Shown here piece by piece: positions 62,272 through 64,000 of a stretch of DNA of 64,000 bases; the stretch's first letter is position 1, and each line of letters opens with the position of its first letter. The position numbers were made by a program, and so were the translations under genes. Source of the DNA: Gnetum montanum (Eukaryota > Plantae > Gnetophyta); assembly GCA_015680685.1 (NCBI GenBank), contig MNCI01000590.1:46368-110367 (forward strand). The letters run 5' to 3'. The notes beneath the pieces are model-generated. The model saw only the letters and a program-made list of their open reading frames with translations. It ran no database searches and was not told the DNA's origin.

Positions 62272-64000
62272 TGAATCAAGAACTTAGAATGAGGGTTAAA
62301 TAAGTTCCCCAGTTAAAATCACTACAACCACAAAGACCACACACAACTCTTACATGGTTTCCCAACTTGGGTACATCCATACTTAGAGGATATAATTCAT
62401 GCATACCTTTGGACTTTATTTCTTCAAAATGTGTTTTTAAGAGGATTGCATCCTTTACAAGATTTGAACGTCATCTAGAGTGTTTCATCACTGCAAAACC
62501 ACTCAACCTCGTAAGATTTGTACAAGCTCAAAATGTGGTTTAAAGGATCCCACAACCTTTACAAAAATGAGCTCTACTTTTGGGTTTTTTCTCACCTTGT
62601 CATCCATGTTCTTACCTTGTCATCTTTAGTCTACATTTCATCATTTTATCTCACTTTCTTGAAGTTTTATCTCTCGATTTGAAGTATTTTGCCAATAAAT
62701 TCTCTTATGGTCTTGTAATATCACAATCACAAACACACATTTTACATTCTTCATTTTCTTTAAGGTTTTGACATACCAAAAGGTCAATAATCTCCTCATT
62801 ATTGGTAATGCCCAAAACTTAAGAAAATGGATTAGTATGTCCCATGATATATAATTTATTAAACTAAGGATGATGTAGAGATGAATAACTATTAAAAAAA
62901 TATGCATCCTTTATCCTTGGTTTTAGATGGCTAAAATGTAACCTATAAAGCACACCACATAACCAATAAACACAAAGAGACATAGTTAAATCCTTGTGAG
63001 TTTAATATATCCATTAAGGATTAAAACGCTAAGTAATGGAGATCAATTATCCTATCTCTATATCATTCACTACATAGAAATCATCAATATAGCCATTTGA
63101 GCCATAACTGTTTAATATATCCATAAGTCATTATTATCATTTAATGCTCATGAATATAACACATATGCCCATGTCCTAATCACCATATCACAAATTCTTC
63201 TCCTTTTTGGACATCATGAAAAAGTGAGTTGAACCTTTAAAATAAACAAGCATAAAAATTAAGGTAAAGCATTTTCATAAGGAGAGTAAACATAAACAAC
63301 ATTTAAATGCTTCAAGTCTATGCATAAGAATGATCATGCTAGAGTTTGTAAAAGATCAAAAATAATATAGATCAAAAGACTATTAAACATTAAGACACAT
63401 AATACAATCTTTATCAAAGCAAAGGATCATTAGAATTTTCTCATCGCAATTTCCATATTTAGAAGATATGCCAAGGAGAGTAAATATATGCACCACCAAA
63501 TTTTAAGAAATAGATCAAATAAATGGAGAGGTTAAAACAACACAACTTGTCATATTAAATAAATCAAGAGATTAAACAAAGTAACTCCTTAATAAGATGT
63601 TCTCAACCAAAAATATCTCATCAATTAATTTTCAAGATTATCATAGATGCTTTATAAAAAAAGAGTGTGAGTGCCTTTTCTTATTCCAATCTACCATTGG
63701 TAGTGCTTGAGATCTCTTAGGTGAAAACAATTTAGCTCATATTAGCAATAAAGAACTTAAGTTCTTAAAAATATACATTCTTAGCACATAAGATATTAGG
63801 CATGCAACATTAATATCTTAACATAGTACCTAAGGAGGAAATTGATATACCCAAATAACCTTGAGAGGCTTGCACAACTAAAGATTACTTTTAGATAAAA
63901 GATTCTTAAAATTTGAATAAAAAATAACTCTCTTTCACCTTCAAGACTTTACTGGATATGAATATTCTTTTTGTTTCTTGTTTTCTAAGTGGAAGCTTGT
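62272..64000 (-). mobile_element. SIRE-like Copia 3' noncoding region and LTR (about 62272-62788)
   Basis: Two PPT-like purine boxes on the minus strand: CAAAAAGGAGAAGAA near 63200 and AATGAGGAGAT near 62795. The LTR end resembles the SIRE ATTCACCCCC box. No coding evidence. Confidence 0.4.

Overview
Plant nuclear DNA from a large, TE-rich genome. The plastid-derived atpE looks gymnosperm-like, which is inference from memory. About 75% of the window is nested, decayed retroelements: two Copia remnants, L1-like LINE pieces, CRM-like gag fragments, a SIRE-like 3' end, and five copies of an Athila-like LTR family (tRNA-Asp PBS, CCHC gag). The four copies that can be read past gag lack RT/RNaseH/integrase. 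One copy (9881-17234) is complete with both LTRs and an AGTGT target-site duplication. A gene island at about 19.4-34.6 kb holds a plastid insertion (trnV-UAC, trnM-CAU, atpE, atpB tail) about 370 bp upstream of an LRR receptor-like protein gene with a damaged splice acceptor and a frameshift, then a frameshifted YIP4/Yip1 exon. Most interesting signals: (i) a covarying double-hairpin RNA structure in the LTR of the RT-less family that base-pairs the AATAAA, reminiscent of the retroviral TAR plus polyA hairpins; (ii) the shared RT-less architecture with gag+protease or gag+env-like modules and three PPT-like boxes; (iii) a GATATC palindrome array upstream of the LTR TATA; (iv) a dense cluster of short tandem duplications around the RLP. 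Boundaries of degraded elements are approximate and were read by eye.
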